A stretch of DNA of 64,000 nt from Amoebidium appalachense (GCA_963693365.1 CAVNZM010000006.1:4443264-4507263), one strand, 5' to 3'. Shown: positions 23,592-37,616, numbered from the stretch's first letter. Made by a program: numbers and translations. Notes: generated from the sequence alone by a model not told the origin.

Positions 23592-24575
23592 ATGACGATC
23601 CGCGGTATGACGACTGTTCTTGCGGCCGTTGCGGCCATCCACAGCGCCCACGCAGCCGTGGACTGCAGCGGCAAAGCCATCGACTGGGCCGTGACGTATG
23701 TGCCCGGCAGCTACAAATACGACGAGGCCGCCCAGACCACCCAGTTCTGCTACAGCGTCGCATACAGCAGCAACTTTGAGGCTGCCCCCTCGGAGTGCGC
23801 ACCCCCTGGCGGCCAGGCACAGGCACTGACCAGCTTTGGGGTGCGGTTTTTGAGCTGCTTCACTGACGAGAACGGTGGGCTGCGTGGGGAGATGGGCACG
23901 TGGAGTGTTGCGTCGAGCACCGAGGGCTATGCGGAGGTGACTATGGACGGTGAGAACGCGTTCAACGGCAACCTGTGGACAGACTCTCTGCCCGCCCCCG
24001 GCGCGTCCTCCACCTACTGCGCCACGTTCAAGCGCAAGCTCAACCTGTCGGCCGTGCCCAACACCGCCGTCTTGACGACAGACGGCAACCGCTTCAGCAT
24101 CAGCGAGGTGCAGGGCCCAGAGTGCGACCTCGAGCCCACATCCTCATCCGTCCCTCCCCCCCCCCCCACTACCACCGTCCCTCCCCCTCCCACTACCACT
24201 GTTCCTCCCCCTCCCCCCACCACCACTGTTCCCCCCCCTCCCCCCACCACCACTGTTCCCCCTCCTTCTACCACCACGGTGCCACCGACCATCACCCCCG
24301 AGCCCTCTGTGGCCTTCTCCTCTGCTGTGGACACTGTGGAGGTACTTGATGCACCCACCACCTCGGCTGTTGCCGCCTCGGGCCTTGCCGCAGCCCCAGC
24401 CTCTGCCCCAGCCGTTACGTCGGGCAGCTCTGGGGCCGTCACTGCCGGTGCCGTGGCCGGTGCCAGTGTCGGTGCCGGCCTGCTGGCCGCTGCCGCTGCC
24501 GCAGTCGTCTACGCCCGCAGGCGGCAGACTGTTGGCGATGAGAGCCAGGTGGAGATGCAGCCCTATGCTGCCTAA
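23592..24575 (+). CDS. Intronless single-pass cell-surface protein: signal peptide, Cys-containing extracellular domain, PPPPTTTV repeats, TM helix, short tail
   Basis: Hydrophobic N-terminus (TVLAAVAAIHSAHA), six Cys, GC3-rich codons, VPPPP(P)TTT repeats, TM segment AVAGASVGAGLLAAAAAAVVYA followed by RRR. Confidence 0.85.
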   Translation: MTIRGMTTVLAAVAAIHSAHAAVDCSGKAIDWAVTYVPGSYKYDEAAQTTQFCYSVAYSSNFEAAPSECAPPGGQAQALTSFGVRFLSCFTDENGGLRGEMGTWSVASSTEGYAEVTMDGENAFNGNLWTDSLPAPGASSTYCATFKRKLNLSAVPNTAVLTTDGNRFSISEVQGPECDLEPTSSSVPPPPPTTTVPPPPTTTVPPPPPTTTVPPPPPTTTVPPPSTTTVPPTITPEPSVAFSSAVDTVEVLDAPTTSAVAASGLAAAPASAPAVTSGSSGAVTAGAVAGASVGAGLLAAAAAAVVYARRRQTVGDESQVEMQPYAA

Positions 24576-25868
24576 ATGCCTAAATTTCAAGGTGGAAATT
24601 TCAGGACGGTTTGGTGGCCATACAGGTTTAGCTGTTTCGCATACCATGCTATGTCTGAAATTGTGACTGAATCATCGTGTTTGTTATTGTTTGTTTGCTA
24701 GGTTTTTAGAACCAAAAACCGAATGTTGTTTCTTTGTTGATGCCAGCCGACGCTCCCAACTCTCTATCTATCGCCATACTCTGAGTGACTATACTCTCGA
24801 GATTCTGAACTATCTGTTTGCTAGTACTAGATAACAAAGCTGCTGAAACAGGCAGTGCTTTGTGATTGAGATGGTAGAGCCTCGCCTGATGTACGTCAAC
24901 GATAAATAAAGAATTTGCCTGTTTTATCTATCTGCTGTATCAAGTTTCGGCATGCATGTGCGCCATGAACAGCTAAGGCCACTGCCCCTCTCAGTCATTG
25001 ATGCCCTTTTATGCACCGGTAATCATTATGATTACCATTTCAATTATGCACGTTAGCATCCGAGATAGTTCGCCTGTCTTCAGCGAAGCACCGTATTTAG
25101 GTTTGCACCACCTTGTTGCATGTCATAAAGCACAGCCCGGCTTCCCCTCCTCCCCCCTCCCCCCTTCCCCCCCTCCCCCCAGCCCCCCTCCCCCCCCCCC
25201 CCCCCCCCCCCCTCCCCCCTCCCCCCTCCCCTCCCCCCACCACCACCACCACCGACCCAAACACCCACCCGCCCACCCTCCCCACTTGGACACGCGCGCA
25301 CACACAGACAGACAGACACTCCGTCACATACACGCGTGGACGCACACACACACGTGCGGGCAAGCTCACACATGCCCGCGCACACACGGAAAAAAAAAAC
25401 ACACAGACACACTCACGCACACACCCACACACCGTGACACACACGCGCGCGCGCGCGCGCGAGCGCTTGCAAGCATGCGTTTTTGCGTGCAAACACACAC
25501 CCAGTGGCGCCACCTTCGCCACCAGCATCATTAAAATCACTCACACAGTGTCACCCACGCACACACTAAAAAGAAAAACAAGCATGCAAAAGAAGCACTC
25601 AGAAATACTAAGTTTAGTTAGTTGCACAAGATAGAAACGCATGTTACCTTTTTCGTTTTTTTTTAATGTTTACGCAGGCTTTGACTCTGCTCGTTGTAAG
25701 TATGCACATGATCACATACACGATGTACCCAGATACACTGCTCATAATTGCTCGGGACATAGTATAATACAATTATTGGTAAAAGTGAAGTGAAGTTTAA
25801 GTCCAGGCTATGTTCGTGGGTAGTTGCTGGGCAGAAACCGGGGTTAGTGGATGAGAGAGATTGTGTTG

Positions 25869-25909
<41 letters not shown>

Positions 25910-26033
25910 AGGAGGGGGGGGGGGGGGGGGGGGGGGGGGGTTGTTTCCACAGAGAATGTTGTGGCAGATTAACTATGGGGTCCGAAGTCCCTCTTCTCCC
26001 GATTTACAATCTGTCCAACAGCAAGGCATACAG

Positions 26034-26070
<37 letters not shown>

Positions 26071-26178
26071 TGGGGGTGGTAAGCGGTGTACGTGGTGGTG
26101 AGGGGGGTGGCATATTCGGTCTCCGTGACGGTCTGGGTCACTGGTTGGGCTGCAATGGTCGTGGCATGTGTCTAAGTT

Positions 26179-26257
<79 letters not shown>

Positions 26258-26970
26258 TGTGTGTGTGCACCACCAAGACCACCACCCGGGCCATCTTAGG
26301 AAAAATCATAGTAGTATTGCAGTCCTTTTTCTTTTCAAAAATATGGCACCCACGGAACACCACACTCCCCCCCCACCCACCCCAAAATGCAAAAACACCA
26401 CCATACAACCACCACCCGTTGAAAGAAAAGCACGGCACCCCAAAAACCCAAGACACACACAAATACACCCCCCACACACACCCGGCCAGCCTGCCCTGAG
26501 TGCCGGAACACACACAGACCCAGTGTGCCCTGAAACCCCCACCCTTTTAGCTCACAAAAAACATTGTCACTACATAAGTACAACAACACACGATGTCAGG
26601 TAGCAACCCCCCCCCACCTACACCACCACCACCACACCCAATCATCCACCCATACCCACCGTAAATACTATACACAACACTTAGGACTTCCCAACACTGT
26701 AGATCGACCAATGAGAGCCCTCGGTTAACGTTTATTGCTAGGTTTTGAATGGAGGGGAGGACTGGAGCCTCCTGCCAGCATGGCTAGGGTAGTAGCCGTG
26801 GGCAAAGTGTGTACTTATAGTTAGATTGTGAAGGATGGTTTAGCTTAGTTGAACTCATAGATAGCACCTTAACTAGTGTACTGTCGGTGCTGTGTGGTAG
26901 ACGGTAGTTTCCCTAGAGGGCCTGTAAAGACTCTCCGGGAACAAAACGTGATTAAAAAGAAAGAAAAAAA

Positions 26971-27002
<32 letters not shown>

Positions 27003-27083
27003 TGCATGTGTCGGTGTGTGTGTGCGTGTGTCAGTCCAAGCGTGTGTGTATGTGTGTGTGTGTGTGTGTGTTGTGTTGTGTTG

Positions 27084-27143
<60 letters not shown>

Positions 27144-28139
27144 TGTTGTGTTGTGTTGTGTGTGTGTGTGTGTGTGTGTGTGTTTGTGTGTGTGTATGTA
27201 TTTGTGTGTGTGCGTGTGTCGGTGTGTGTGTGTGTGTGTCGGTCCAAGTGTGTGTGTCTGTGTGTGTGTATGTATTTGTGTGTATCCTCATGCGCGCGTG
27301 TGTCGGTGCAAGCGTGTGTGTCTGTGTGTGCGCGGGGGGGAGGGGGGAGGGGGTGGGTTGGGGGGGGGGGGGAAGATGTGCGCGTGCGTGCGTGTATGTG
27401 CATGTGCGCGTGTGTGTGCTTGCTCGCCAGTGCGTTGGTTAGCATATGTGGGAAGCCGTGTGGGAAGGAGGTTAGGTGAGTGAGTGCGTGTATCAGTTAA
27501 GAAGGGGCCAAGAAGCCTCGAAGAAGTGTTTAAGGTGCCTAGTTGGGAAGGTGGTTGGGGGGGGGAGGGGGAGGGGAGGGGGAGGGGGAGGGGGAGGGGG
27601 AGGGGGGAGGCTCCCTCACTCACCATCACATGCACTGCGAAGAAGCCCCCCCCTACCCCCCTCCCCCCCCCTCCCTCCCCCTCTCCCCTGGCCATCCACC
27701 CACCCACCCGCCCACTCACCCCCAACCCCGTCCCTCCCCCATTTAAGGCGCTTGTAACTTCCGGGTATAATCCCCCCCCCTCCACCCCCATCCCAACCAC
27801 CACCACCACCACCCCCTACCATCCTCACCCACAACTCAAAAACCTGAATCGCGCCACTCACCCACATGCTTCATAACTAAAACCTCCCCCCCCCCCCTCC
27901 CCCCCACACACACGCCCGGGGCCCATAAACGATTGAAAGTTCTCCGGAGAGCCCGCCCAGCCCTCTTCCCTGGTCCTTTGCCAACTCTTATCCCTGCTCC
28001 CCCCCCCCATCCCCTTCTATCCCCGCCCCCCCCTTCCCCTGCCCCGTTGCCCATTCCCCCCCCCCCCTCCCCCCCCCCCCTCGTCCCCCAACCTCCCTTC
28101 CCCTCCCCGATCCCCCGGCAAGAACACACACAACCCCCT

Positions 28140-28174
<35 letters not shown>

Positions 28175-28344
28175 CCCCGCCCTCCCCCCCCCTCCCCCCT
28201 CCTTCCCCAAAACAAGAACTAGAAAAAGGTGAGGGGCACATAAATACACACGCACACACTACCTGCACAAACACACACAGACACACACACACACACACAA
28301 TCACACTCGAGCTCACTTGCTCACCCGCAGGCGTGTGGCGCGTT

Positions 28345-28600
<256 letters not shown>

Positions 28601-28606
28601 CGCGCG

Positions 28607-28640
<34 letters not shown>

Positions 28641-29320
28641 GGGGCACGGTATGGTGCCGTGTATACGGTGTAAAGTCACGGTGGAGATGCCCTTGTGGGT
28701 TCTTTATATATTCAGGTCGTGTGTGAGCAATGTGTTGAAGCAATTGTTGTGTTTGTGCTCACCTTACCAGTGGGCGCACTCGTGTAGGTGTGTGCCCATG
28801 CAAGTTTCGGTGCCAATTTGGATATGTCCGGAGGCTGCTTATGGTTGATGAGCATTAAATTCCATGCCTTGAATTTACCGTGCTTGTGTGACGTGGCATG
28901 TTGTTTGCTTTTGCTTTTTGCAGTTTATTTGCGAAAGATAACGAAATCAACCAATCCTTTCTTTAATAAAGTAACATACTTTGTTGTAAACATTTTACTA
29001 CTAATAAACATTTCTGGTATCTGGCAAGCCACCACAAGGTTATGAAAGTTTTAACATACAAACGGAGTTCACTTCATGTATTCCTTCGAATTCGGAAACG
29101 GGTCATGTATCTGAGCGAAGCAAAAGAATTCGGAAATGAAGTGAGCCAGCAAGGTTTTGGTACTTACAGCCACCATTCTTTCCTATTCAAAAGGATTAAC
29201 TTTCTAGCCAAGCCACCCATTGAGGAGAGATAAACAGGAGACAACACAAAAGGCACCCACACGCAATATTTTCAGTCATTCTTCAACATACAGCACATGC
29301 ATGTACATGCCATAGGAAAT

Positions 29321-29899
29321 TTATGACGGTGCTACAGTCTCTGTAACTGTTGCGGTCGCCGTGGACACGCTGGTTTCAGTCAGGGTGGTGGTGCTGGGCG
29401 GCTGAGTGACCGTGGTGGTGTCGAGGCTGACCGACACAGACGTCTCTGTGGTCGTGGCCGTGACCGTGGCTGGGGTTTCGGTGGTGGTGGCAGTGCTCAC
29501 AGAGACAGATGTTTTGGTGGTGGTGGCCGTGGACACAGACACAGATGTCTGTGTGGTGGTGGCGGTAACGGTGGCCGTCACGGTGACGGTTGGTGGGGGG
29601 GGAATGCAGCACACCTCCGGCTTGCAGCTCTCACCTGGCTGGCACATTTTGGGCCGCCCATCGTCCATCTTGTAGCCGTTCGGGCAGACAACACCCGCCA
29701 CCTGGCAGCTGACCTTGGCGCAGCACTCCTTCTCCGTGCACTTGCCCACCTCACACTTCTTGGGATTACGCCCATCTATCTGGTACTGCACACATTTGAC
29801 CGCGGTGGAGCAGAGCACTTTGGTGCTCTTTGATGGCGCGGCAAAGGCAACGTTTGTGGCGGCAAAGGCCAGCGCGCAGACGAAAAGAGAGGCCTTCAT
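29321..29899 (-). CDS. Secreted Cys-rich, Thr/Ser/Val-rich mucin-like protein, copy 1 (192 aa, intact)
   Basis: Signal peptide MKASLFVCALAFAATNVAFA; two related 6-Cys units ending in CC (DGRNPKKC / DGRPKMC); TTTETSVSVS repeats. Confidence 0.85.
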   Translation of the reverse strand: MKASLFVCALAFAATNVAFAAPSKSTKVLCSTAVKCVQYQIDGRNPKKCEVGKCTEKECCAKVSCQVAGVVCPNGYKMDDGRPKMCQPGESCKPEVCCIPPPPTVTVTATVTATTTQTSVSVSTATTTKTSVSVSTATTTETPATVTATTTETSVSVSLDTTTVTQPPSTTTLTETSVSTATATVTETVAPS

Positions 29900-30753
29900 T
29901 TTCTTTTCTTTCCGAGAAATAATTGGAACAGAGTACGGAAGAGTAAGATTGAAAACTTCAGTCAGTTGGAATGACAGCTGTTGGCTTCTGATTACGATTC
30001 ACAAGGCACTGTTGCTGTGAGTGCTTGTCTCTGAAGCAGCTACGCTTCATATAGCCTCCATGTGCATACCGCAAGAGGCAACTGGAATGTGTGTGATTAT
30101 CCGCCATCAATAACGTCGACCAATCAAATGCACCCCTCTGCCTCTGGTCCCCTCAGCACCTACCACGTGGCACCTCTGTACTACCAAATGTAGTCACTGC
30201 ATAGGATTTCATTCTACAATCTCGTGGATAAATTGTAATACACCATATGCAAGCAACCTAGCAGAAAGTTTACAGTGAAGGGCATGCATGGGTCTGTTGA
30301 ATTTTGGTATGATTCTTGATTTACACTGTAAAGCCTGCTACATTATTTTGTAATTTAGTGTACCTCCAGAGGTGATTGGTAGCACAGACTGTGCAATGAG
30401 GAATGTGAAGAACTTCTTTGACCTTCCTTTCCTGTTCCAACTTTGCAAGCATGCATCATGGTAGGGGAACACTCATCTCACAAGTGCGCCCAGGCGCTGG
30501 CCATAGCGTTCATAAACATGCCCTGGTGGAAATTTCAAGTACACATATGCCTCCATTTTCTTTTCTAGGAATCATACATTACATGAGCATGCATGATGAA
30601 GGGGTTCACATTCCTCATCGCCTTTTTAATAATCTATCAGTCACAGTCTACCAATCGGGACGAACAACAGTTCGAAATTTCTAGAATCTGCAATTCTGCA
30701 TTCGCAAGGCTTTGTACATGCTGTAGCGACTACAATGTAGACTAATCAAGCCT

Positions 30754-30826
30754 ATTGTCTCCCCTGAGGAGTTTTCTCAAATGTCAAACAAATAAATTTG
30801 AGAAAACTTCTCCAGGGGAAAACAAT
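30754..30826. repeat. Small imperfect hairpin in the spacer of the inverted gene pair
   Basis: ATTGTCTCCCCTGAGGAGTTTTCTCAAAT ... ATTTGAGAAAACTTCTCCAGGGGAAAACAAT. Confidence 0.7.
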
Positions 30827-31334
30827 CAAGAATCATTTATAAAATGTGCACCCAACGCAAACGTAAGAGATGTAGGAATGCTGGATTATGTCCCGCAAAG
30901 CCGCGAAATGTAGGAGGAGAATATCATGACGTCCTCTTTCAAAAGTGATATCAAGTTTGTAAAAAATATTATTCATTATAACGTACAAATTTTTCAAACA
31001 CACCCTTCACTGTAAAGTGACCTTTTGAGTTGCTTGCATTGCCGAAGAACACGGTGGATCCACGAGATCTTGGACAGTTCCGGCTCTCCGGAGTGCATTT
31101 GATTGGTCGACATTGAATGGCGAGGACCCATGGCGGATAAACACGGCATTCCAGTTGCCTCTTGCGGTATGCACATGGAGGCTATATAAAGCGTTGTCGC
31201 ATTGAGACGCCAGCACTCACCGCTGAGCAACCGTGTCTTGTAAATGGTAATCAGAACCTAACAGCTACCATTCCAGCTTACGTTTCTAATCTTACTCTTC
31301 CTGACTCTATTTACAATATCTCTCAAACTCGAAA

Positions 31335-31914
31335 ATGAAAGCGTCTCTTTTTATCTGTGCGCTGGCCTTTGCCGCCACAAACGTTGCCTTTGCCGCGCCA
31401 TCAAAGAGCACCAAAGTGCTCTGCTCCACCGCGGTCAAATGTGTGCAGTACCAGATAGATGGGCGTAATCCCAAGAAGTGTGAGGTGGGCAAGTGCACGG
31501 AGAAGGAGTGCTGCGCCAAGGTCAGCTGCCAGGTGGCGGGTGTTGTCTGCCCGAACGGCTACAAGATGGACGATGGGCGGCCCAAAATGTGCCAGCCAGG
31601 TGAGAGCTGCAAGCCGGAGGTGTGCTGCATTCCCCCCCCCACCAACCGTCACCGTGACGGCCACCGTTACCGCCACCACCACACAGACATCTGTGTCTGT
31701 GTCCACGGCCACCACCACCAAAACATCTGTCTCTGTGAGCACTGCCACCACCACCGAAACCCCAGCCACGGTCACGGCCACGACCACAGAGACGTCTGTG
31801 TCGGTCAGCCTCGACACCACCACGGTCACTCAGCCGCCCAGCACCACCACCCTGACTGAAACCAGCGTGTCCACGGCGACCGCAACAGTTACAGAGACTG
31901 TAGCACCGTCATAA
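31335..31914 (+). CDS. Copy 2 of the Cys-rich mucin-like gene, with a +1 frameshift in a C homopolymer (real or sequencing error)
   Basis: Matches copy 1 from about codon 9 onward, except C9 at 31632-31640 versus C8. Confidence 0.75.
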
Positions 31915-32825
31915 ATTTCCTATGGCCTGTGCTGTATGTTGAATTGCTGAAAATATGCATACTCAGCGGCGTGCACTTGTCATTTGTTTGTGCACGTGTA
32001 GTTTGACAATGCGTTGGCTATGGGTGTTGGCTCCTGTTTATTCCCTCCTTTATGGGAGGCTTGGCTAGATAGTGAAACCTTTTTAATAATAGGCCTACAT
32101 ATATATATGTATGTATGGATGGATGGATGGATGAATGGTGGGTTGTGTGAGTAACAAAACCTTGCTGGTTCACTTCATCAATAATCCTTTCGCTCTGATA
32201 TATGACCCGTTTCAAGGAATTCGAAATGAAATCCGTATGGGTCTTAATTCATAACCTTGCGGTGTTAGGCCAAATGTCAGAAATGTGTACAGTGTAATAA
32301 AAATTGTTACACCAAAGGTTTCACTTAGTTAAAGGGGGGATTGGTTGAACTTCGTTATTTTTCATTCATTCATTGAAACCGTAAAAAGCAAAGAAAACAA
32401 CATGGCAGACGTAAAGCCACAGCACGTGTGCAAACACAGCAAAGGTGTGGGATTTTCTATCTCATCAAAATCACGAACAGCCACCGGACATATCCAAACA
32501 TGCAACGAGAATTGAATATATGAATATTCCTATTGTTTTATTCATACCTACACACCTAAGTCCAGCTTCCGGTGGTAGGGTAGGGTCAGCACAACTTGAC
32601 ACACAAACACGTTAACTCACGGCTCACACACGTCGTGAATCATAAAAAGCTCACAAGCACACCTGCACAACTTTGTGCGAGCCCACACGGCATACTGACC
32701 AAGGCATCGTGGCACACCAAAATTACACGCAGTTCGATGCGCACACACAGGCGCAGAGACACACCAAGTCATGAGACAAAAGAGACGAACATCATTACTT
32801 GGACAGTCACTGTGGCTCGCGCGTG

Positions 32826-32884
<59 letters not shown>

Positions 32885-33040
32885 GATATTCACACTCGTG
32901 TGTGCACAGGTGAGCATGTGTTTTTGTTTTATTTCATCTGAGATTATCATTATCATAGTATTCTTTGGCGGCGGGGCGCGGGGGGCGGGGGGCGGGGGGG
33001 GGGGGGGGGGGGGGGGGGGGGAGGGGGGGGAGGGGGAGGG

Positions 33041-33095
<55 letters not shown>

Positions 33096-33858
33096 GGGGA
33101 GGGGGTGAGGGGAGGGGGCGGGGGGGGGGGGGGGGGGGGGGGAAGGATATGAACGGCGATTTTTTGTGCAAGCTGACGTACTTGGCTCTTTTACCTGAGC
33201 GCATATTGGTAGCCTCGTGTGTTTTCATATGGTAGTATTCATATGGAAGATTTATGGAATATGTACGAAAAAAGGTAACATTGCAGGGTTTCTGAAACAT
33301 GGTTGATTTTATTGCTTCCTTCGAGCTACGTGCATGTCCCCCTCCCCTCCCCTCCCCCCTCTCACCCCCTCACCCCCACCACCACACACACACACAACAC
33401 ACACATCCCTGCATACACCTATCCTCCCTGGCCTCCCCCCCCCCCCCCTCTCTCCCCGCTCCCTTTCGTTTTCTCGTTTCTGAAGACCGTCCAAATCAAC
33501 ACGCCCTTTCTGTCCCCCGTTTTACCCCAGGGTCTAGCTCTCTCTACCTCCCTGTATCCCTCCCACCCTCCCCGTCGTCGTAATAACATGAGTTCTCTTA
33601 AACCCTCCTCTCCATCGCCATTGCCGCTAGCCCGTAAAAACAAACGTACAGCTACTCCACCATATTGGATCCACATATGTGGTCGGGGCACACGCAAAAT
33701 GGACTGGCTGCATCCACACGGTGTGCTCCGTGCCTGCGTCATGATCGATGCCAGCTGTGCATTGACATCCCCTCCCTCCCCCCCTCCTCCCCCTCCTCCT
33801 CCCCCTTCACCCCCTTTCCCCCAGCCCGCCTGCCCGGCAAGAGGACACAAAACATCCC

Positions 33859-33889
<31 letters not shown>

Positions 33890-34388
33890 AAAAAAAAAAA
33901 AAAAGAAGAAGAAGAAGAAGAACGAGAAAAGGATGAGGAACACACACATACACACGTACATCCTGCTATACTAACATACACACTTCACTCACACTCGCAC
34001 ACGTGTACCCACGTACACAGGATGGGTGGGTTGGTGCACGGCCCTCTGAAATGTTTTCAGAGGGCCGTGGTTGCCGGTGCAATGGTAAGATCGCTGCTAG
34101 CCTACAAGTTTTGGCCCCTACCAGGCGGCGCGCGCGAAAGACTACCGATCGATTAAATGCGTCATAAATGGTCTGCGCATTTTAGGCTAAAATGGGGTTT
34201 TCCTTTCAAGTCTTTAGGTTTGTGTATGTGTCCCGGGTCGCTCCCGGCTGGTGTTGTTAAAGTGAGCTGTGCTCACTTCCCACTAGCGTTGCTGCGGCTA
34301 GAACCCTGGGATAAAGGCGTAACTAAAAATAGTGCCAGTTGGGGTCAATTAGAATCCTGACTTATGAGTGTGCTATACGTATACAGTA

Positions 34389-34659
34389 GGGGTTTACGCT
34401 GTTTACTCGAGGCAAAGAGAGACCAGTCTCAGGTATGGGGGGTTTTTGCTCGGAATATCCCTCAGCGGTATATCATGACCACGTACATAGATGTCGGGTG
34501 ATGATTATATATCAGGGTTTACTTTCTAGATCTCTACGAGACACCATAAAGACTAAGAAAAATCAATCAGTTGGGGTTCCCCGTTTTTTTTCTTTTTTTT
34601 CTTTTTTCGGGCTCCCCTGGGACACTTGGTATCAGCTGAACCGTTGTGTGTGTGTGTGC

Positions 34660-34696
<37 letters not shown>

Positions 34697-36778
34697 CTAG
34701 AATTTTGTAATGATGTGTTTCTCAAGCCAATCAATACATCTAATAAACAGGTCGTAGTTACGCGTGTTTAGTATAAAATCAAGGATGTTGTAATTTTCAG
34801 GTAGGCTATCTTTCTGGGTGTCTGTTGTGAATGTGACGTGTGTGTGTTGCGGTAATATGTTAAACAGTGGTCTATCAAACTACTATGGCGATACATGACC
34901 GTTCAAACTGGTGTGTGTGTGTGTTGTCTGGGCATGCAAACGATGCCACCTTATTATACTTATCGGATCTCCACTGAATAGCACGTGTACAGTAAAAGCA
35001 TGGTATGTGATCAATAATACCTTATCAGATAGAGAAAGACCAATTCTACAGGAAGGTAATATGTATTTAGGTGTTACACATTTGCGAGTGCCATATTTGG
35101 CATATGGTTAAGGCGGTCATTGTATATAAAACGAGACATAAGGGCCTGGCTTAGTTTTTCAAGGTGTATATGCTTTCATCGGGTCTGGTGTCGTGTGGTA
35201 TCTTTTTCCATTTGTTATATTGCGTAATTATCTTGTGATTGTGTACATGCATCTAATAAGTAAGTGGCAGTCCAAAGTCACACGCACACTTTTGCGGGGT
35301 TTATTTGTATTTGTGCCCGGGGGAAAAGGAGAGAGAGAGGGAAGGAAAGAGGGGAGAGGTGAGGAGGGGACAGGTCGGATAGAGAAGAGAGGGTGGGAGG
35401 GCAAATACTTCTTTAAGCGGCTTATGTGCTTATTGAATTTCAGCGCGAGATGGGATACTCTAGCAACTATTGGGACCGGACCATATATCGAGAGCGTTAG
35501 AGGCCCAGGTTTACAACAGTTGTTAGATAGAAAGGAGGCAACTTCTGCTTCAAGGAAATTTGCCAAGGGTTTAAGCGCTCTAATTCTCTCTTTCTTGATC
35601 CAAGCGGCGAGAAGGGGTAAACCATATTTGCATGCCGGGAAGACAAAAGTGCGAATAAATGTAAGTCTAATAGAAGGATGGAGGGGTGTCTTTATTTTAA
35701 ATATTAGCCGAGAAGAGAGCTAACCGCTTACGAGCCAGCTCTACCCTCTTTTCGACCATATGGGAAAACATAACACCAACAGAATTAACCGCAACACCAA
35801 GATATTTGTATTCTGGAACTATAGGTATAGGTTTAGATGATAATGTAAATGTGTGTAAATTGTTAGCTATATCAGGTACAAGAACACCACATTTGTCTAT
35901 GTTGAGGATCATAAGGTTTGCCACCACTCTGACACTACATCGAACAATCTTTGCAGGCGTCTGGGGGTACGGGCAAGGAGGGACAGATCATCAGCATAGA
36001 GAAGTGCAGGCGGAAAGTTATTAATAGGGTCATCATTTTCGGCATAAATCTTGACAGCCAAATCATCTATAAATAGGTTAAACAAAAAGGGGCTAAGCAA
36101 TGAACCCTGCAGAGACCTCTAGTACGAGCAAAACCATATGAAAGGTGCCCATTAACCACAGCTCTACCATAGGTTTGAGACAAGAGTGCTTCTAACAAAA
36201 CACCAATGCAGTGTGGTACACTCCGTGCAGCAAGCTTTTCCCATAGGAGACCAGGGGAGACGGAATCGTAACCAGTTTTCCAATCAATAAAACCAACATA
36301 TCGTGCACCAACTTGCATAGAATCGTGCAGTGCCATTATTTGAACATAACATGAATTGTTTTTACGAAAAGCGGATTGGCATGGGTGTATGTGAGGAATA
36401 GATTGAAACCTTGGGTGATCATGTGCAAATAACCTAAGCAAGCAAGCTTCAAAGAATCTACGAACAACCTGGGTTAGTGTGATGGGGCGAAAAGATGATG
36501 TGGGGCCCTCAGAGTCCTTCTTAACTATGGGGATCCGTGACTAAGGTATCTAACCAAGATGACGGGACATGTCCACATTTAACACACCAAGAAAAGAGAG
36601 AGCTTAACATAATAGTAAGATCCGGCAGGTTTAATAGCACGATCACTTTCCTTTTGTGGGTAGGAGGGAACAAGGATTTTAAGAAACCCGGCAGGAAGTC
36701 CATCAGGTCCACAAGACTTAATAGCGCTATAACTAGATATCACAGACCATATGGTATCAGGACTGAAAAAGGGGAGGA
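34389..36778 (-). mobile_element. 5'-truncated, frameshifted non-LTR retrotransposon (LINE): RT, C-terminal domain and 3' UTR
   Basis: Motifs across frames: KSCGPDG, QSAFRK, FIDWKTGYDSV, LSPFLFNLFIDDL, LLYADD, NIDKC, YKYLGV. Flanked by TATACAGTA (34380-34388) and TATACGGTA (36779-36787). Confidence 0.9.
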
Positions 36779-36874
36779 TATACGGTACGATCTGTGTCTA
36801 GGCGGAAGACGGTAAGCTCCCTGAGGCAGTGCCTTGCTGGGAGTGAAACGGGATAAAATAAAAAAATAAAAAAT

Positions 36875-36927
<53 letters not shown>

Positions 36928-37145
36928 ACACACCCACACACCGTGCACAAACACACACACACAGGGGCAGCCGTATGCACCATACTGTGACTGCCGGATG
37001 CAGCCTATCTAGCCCGGCCCGATCATGTCAGCCAATGGCAACAAGACAACCACCAAGACTGCCGCTGTACAGCTGGCCAGAGATTAGCTGCTGTGTGTGT
37101 GTGTGGGTGGGTGGGTGGATGGGTGGGTGGTTTTTTTTTTTTTTT

Positions 37146-37176
<31 letters not shown>

Positions 37177-37268
37177 GGGAGGGAGGGGGGGGGGGGGGGG
37201 GGGGGGGATGTTTGAAAATAATTAAAAAGCCGTACAGGTGGGCTGGCAGATGGGGTTTTTTTTTTTTT

Positions 37269-37318
<50 letters not shown>

Positions 37319-37380
37319 ATTCTATGTAGATGTGGGGAGAGGGGTCTGCAGGAAGGGGTGAATGTGGGCTTTGATTTTTA

Positions 37381-37411
<31 letters not shown>

Positions 37412-37616
37412 ACCCCCACCCCCACCCCCTCCCCCTTTTTTTTTTTCCTTCGTTTTTGGGGGTTGGGTTGGGGGAGGGGGGGGGAGAGAGGGTAGATGTG
37501 TATTTTTCAAAGAAGTTTGAACCACTCACTTGAGCTCGGATGTGAGAGTAGACTGAAATTTCGGGGTTTAGTGGGGAGGCCGGTGAATTTTTCTAGTGTG
37601 TCCACGTATGCGTGCA

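Larger units (their letters stand above)
28800..32510. repeat. Inverted duplication: arms about 28800-30135 and 31090-32510, spacer about 950 bp
   Basis: CDS, promoter (GCTATAT(A/G)AAGC plus ATTGG) and 3' flanks are reverse-complement homologues. Outer limits are approximate. Confidence 0.85.

Noticed and set aside
25900-28300. Short unique islands between microsatellites that might be exons or old TE remnants
   Set aside because: Could not be assembled into a phase-consistent gene or matched to a motif.
32600-34360. Possible minus-strand exons and a tRNA-like GGTGCAATGGTAAG stretch
   Set aside because: No consistent reading frame, and no T-arm or acceptor stem at the right spacing.
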